From a virus (taxonomy: Duplodnaviria > Caudoviricetes): 29,787 bases of DNA. The translations under genes were made by a program, and so were the position numbers. The stretch covers positions 1 to 29,787 of IMG/VR virus record IMGVR_UViG_3300022936_000189; one strand, given 5' to 3'. Shown in pieces: positions 28,176 through 29,787 of the stretch. The notes beneath the pieces were generated by a model, which saw only the letters and a program-made list of their open reading frames with translations, had not been told where the DNA came from and searched no databases. Positions within the stretch are counted from its first letter, which is position 1. Each line of letters begins with the position of its first letter.

Positions 28176-28628
28176 TTGCAAATAGTCTTAAACGTGAAAC
28201 TTATTCAATCATTTAGTATATCGCTACTCGCATTTTTTATGCCTGTACATGGAATACTTATTGCAGTAGGTGCTGCCATAAGTTTAGACACCTTAATGGG
28301 CATTTACAAATCGGTTAGAACAGAACAACCTTTAATAAGCCGCCGTTTTGCCGATGTTATCCTTAAAATGTTTGTTTATGAACTGGTAATACTCATGCTT
28401 TTTGGCATTGACTATTTTTTACTATCAGAGTTTTTTTGCGTGTGGTTCTCTGTAAACTACTTTTTTACCAAAGCTTGTGCTATGGTACTCATTTTTACCG
28501 AGATGGTTTCTATCAAAGAAAATATAGAACAGGCGCATGGCATTAATATCCTAAAGCAATTACGCAATGCCCTTAAGCGTACTAAAGACTTGAAAGATGA
28601 TGTATTTGACCTGACTAAAAATATCTGA
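28176..28628 (+). CDS. Holin
   Basis: About three hydrophobic segments, LDTLMGIYKS and EMVSIKENI motifs, upstream of the endolysin. Start uncertain. Confidence 0.85.
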   Translation: MQIVLNVKLIQSFSISLLAFFMPVHGILIAVGAAISLDTLMGIYKSVRTEQPLISRRFADVILKMFVYELVILMLFGIDYFLLSEFFCVWFSVNYFFTKACAMVLIFTEMVSIKENIEQAHGINILKQLRNALKRTKDLKDDVFDLTKNI

Positions 28629-29158
28629 TGGATGCCTTAACCTTAACCCGGATAAATTGCCTGCACCCTGCCGTAAGGCAGGAGGTGCTTACTGCTTACA
28701 AACACATTAATAACAATCTTTTTGGTAAAAAAATCAGGCTTAGGTTTGCGCATACACTGCGAACATTTAATGAGCAGGGTGCACTTTATGCCATTGGGAG
28801 AACCCAGCCCGGTAAAAAAGTAACCAATGCTAAAGCAGGGCAGTCCATCCACAATTACGGATTAGCTTTTGATATCGTAATCCTTATTGATAAAAATGGC
28901 GACGGTACATTTGAAATTGCTTCCTGGAATACTACAAGCGATGACGACAAGGATGGCATGCCCGACTGGATGGAAGTTGTTATTTACCTTAAAAAACTGG
29001 GCTGGGCATGGGGCGGCGACTGGAAATCTTTTCCTGATTATCCTCATTTCGAGAAAACCTTTGGAAACAACTGGAAATCGCTACAGGTAAAGTATAATGC
29101 AGGAGATGTATTTACCAACGTTATAGATGGCATAACCTTTAAATGGGTAAATTTATGA
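28628..29158 (+). CDS. Endolysin, M15-family (L-Ala-D-Glu type) peptidase
   Basis: LRTFNEQ, SIHNYGLAFD, WGGDW, DYPHFE zinc-peptidase motifs. Confidence 0.92.
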   Translation: MDALTLTRINCLHPAVRQEVLTAYKHINNNLFGKKIRLRFAHTLRTFNEQGALYAIGRTQPGKKVTNAKAGQSIHNYGLAFDIVILIDKNGDGTFEIASWNTTSDDDKDGMPDWMEVVIYLKKLGWAWGGDWKSFPDYPHFEKTFGNNWKSLQVKYNAGDVFTNVIDGITFKWVNL

Positions 29159-29787
29159 AAAACCATACCTGTACTGCCATTGTAATTGTGCTGATACTAA
29201 TGCTGTTTGTAACGGTGCAACGCTGTCACTCAAATCTACAAAATGCCACTAAAAATTATAATGCCTTAACCGATAGTATAACCTATTTTAAAAATCGCGA
29301 CGGTACACAATTGGCAAGTATCAAAACGCTTAATGTAGATAAAGCGCAATTACAGCAAACTCTGTTAGCAAAAGATAAACAACTGGCCAGTTTTGCTAAA
29401 CAATTTAGCCAGATTAAAACTGTTATAAAATATAGCCAGCTCATAAAATACGATACTATTACTATAACCTATAAAGATATAGTGCCATGTGCTTTTAACA
29501 GGTTTGGCAAAATAAACACTAAGTGGTACCGGTTTAATTACACCACAAACAATAAAGGATTTGCTATAGATAGTTTAACTATAAACACCCAGGCAACTGT
29601 AATAACGGGTTTTAAGCGTTCGTGGTTTTTAGGTAAAGAAACCTTAATTACCACTGTTACTAATACTAACCCAAATATAGCTACAACCTCTCTTACATCG
29701 GCTCAGGTTGTTGTACCTGTGCCGTGGTATAAAAGGTGGTATGTATGGTTAGGTGCAGGTATTGTGGGTGGGATGCTAACTCAATAA
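29155..29787 (+). CDS. Spanin-like lysis protein (candidate unimolecular spanin; DUF6549-like)
   Basis: ATG at 29155 overlaps the endolysin stop. Hydrophobic signal ending VQRC, coiled coil, beta region, C-terminal WYKRWYVWLGAGIVGGML anchor. Confidence 0.6.
   Translation: MKNHTCTAIVIVLILMLFVTVQRCHSNLQNATKNYNALTDSITYFKNRDGTQLASIKTLNVDKAQLQQTLLAKDKQLASFAKQFSQIKTVIKYSQLIKYDTITITYKDIVPCAFNRFGKINTKWYRFNYTTNNKGFAIDSLTINTQATVITGFKRSWFLGKETLITTVTNTNPNIATTSLTSAQVVVPVPWYKRWYVWLGAGIVGGMLTQ

Noticed and set aside
1-29787. Tailocin or contractile injection system
   Set aside because: Capsid, portal, protease and terminase are intact, and no sheath or baseplate wedge genes are recognisable

Overview
Bacteroidota (Flavobacterium-like) chromosomal window, judged from TAnnTTTG promoters, REP-like palindromes and protein style. 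It holds an apparently intact set of long-tailed phage genes split into two divergent blocks around a host-type dinB gene. Left block (minus strand, running off the window): small early ORF, two OB-fold proteins, replication initiator plus loader-like gene, an AT-rich HipA-like kinase/partner cassette, terminase small and large subunits, tail and neck genes, and a tape measure protein. Centre: XRE/S24 (CI/LexA-like) repressor, REP cluster, dinB and a 1.3 kb repeat-rich spacer with a triplicated promoter. Right block (plus strand): Clp-type prohead protease, major capsid, tail tube, portal, adaptor, a 3-repeat virion protein, a BspA/DUF285 LRR protein, holin, M15 endolysin and a u-spanin-like protein. 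No integrase, excisionase or Cro is visible, although one could lie outside the window. Most larger intergenic gaps, and two genes, carry host-type repeats, yet no gene looks broken. The best hypothesis is a domesticated, possibly DNA-damage-controlled, gene-transfer-agent-like element rather than a recent prophage. All family calls come from reading motifs, not from database searches.
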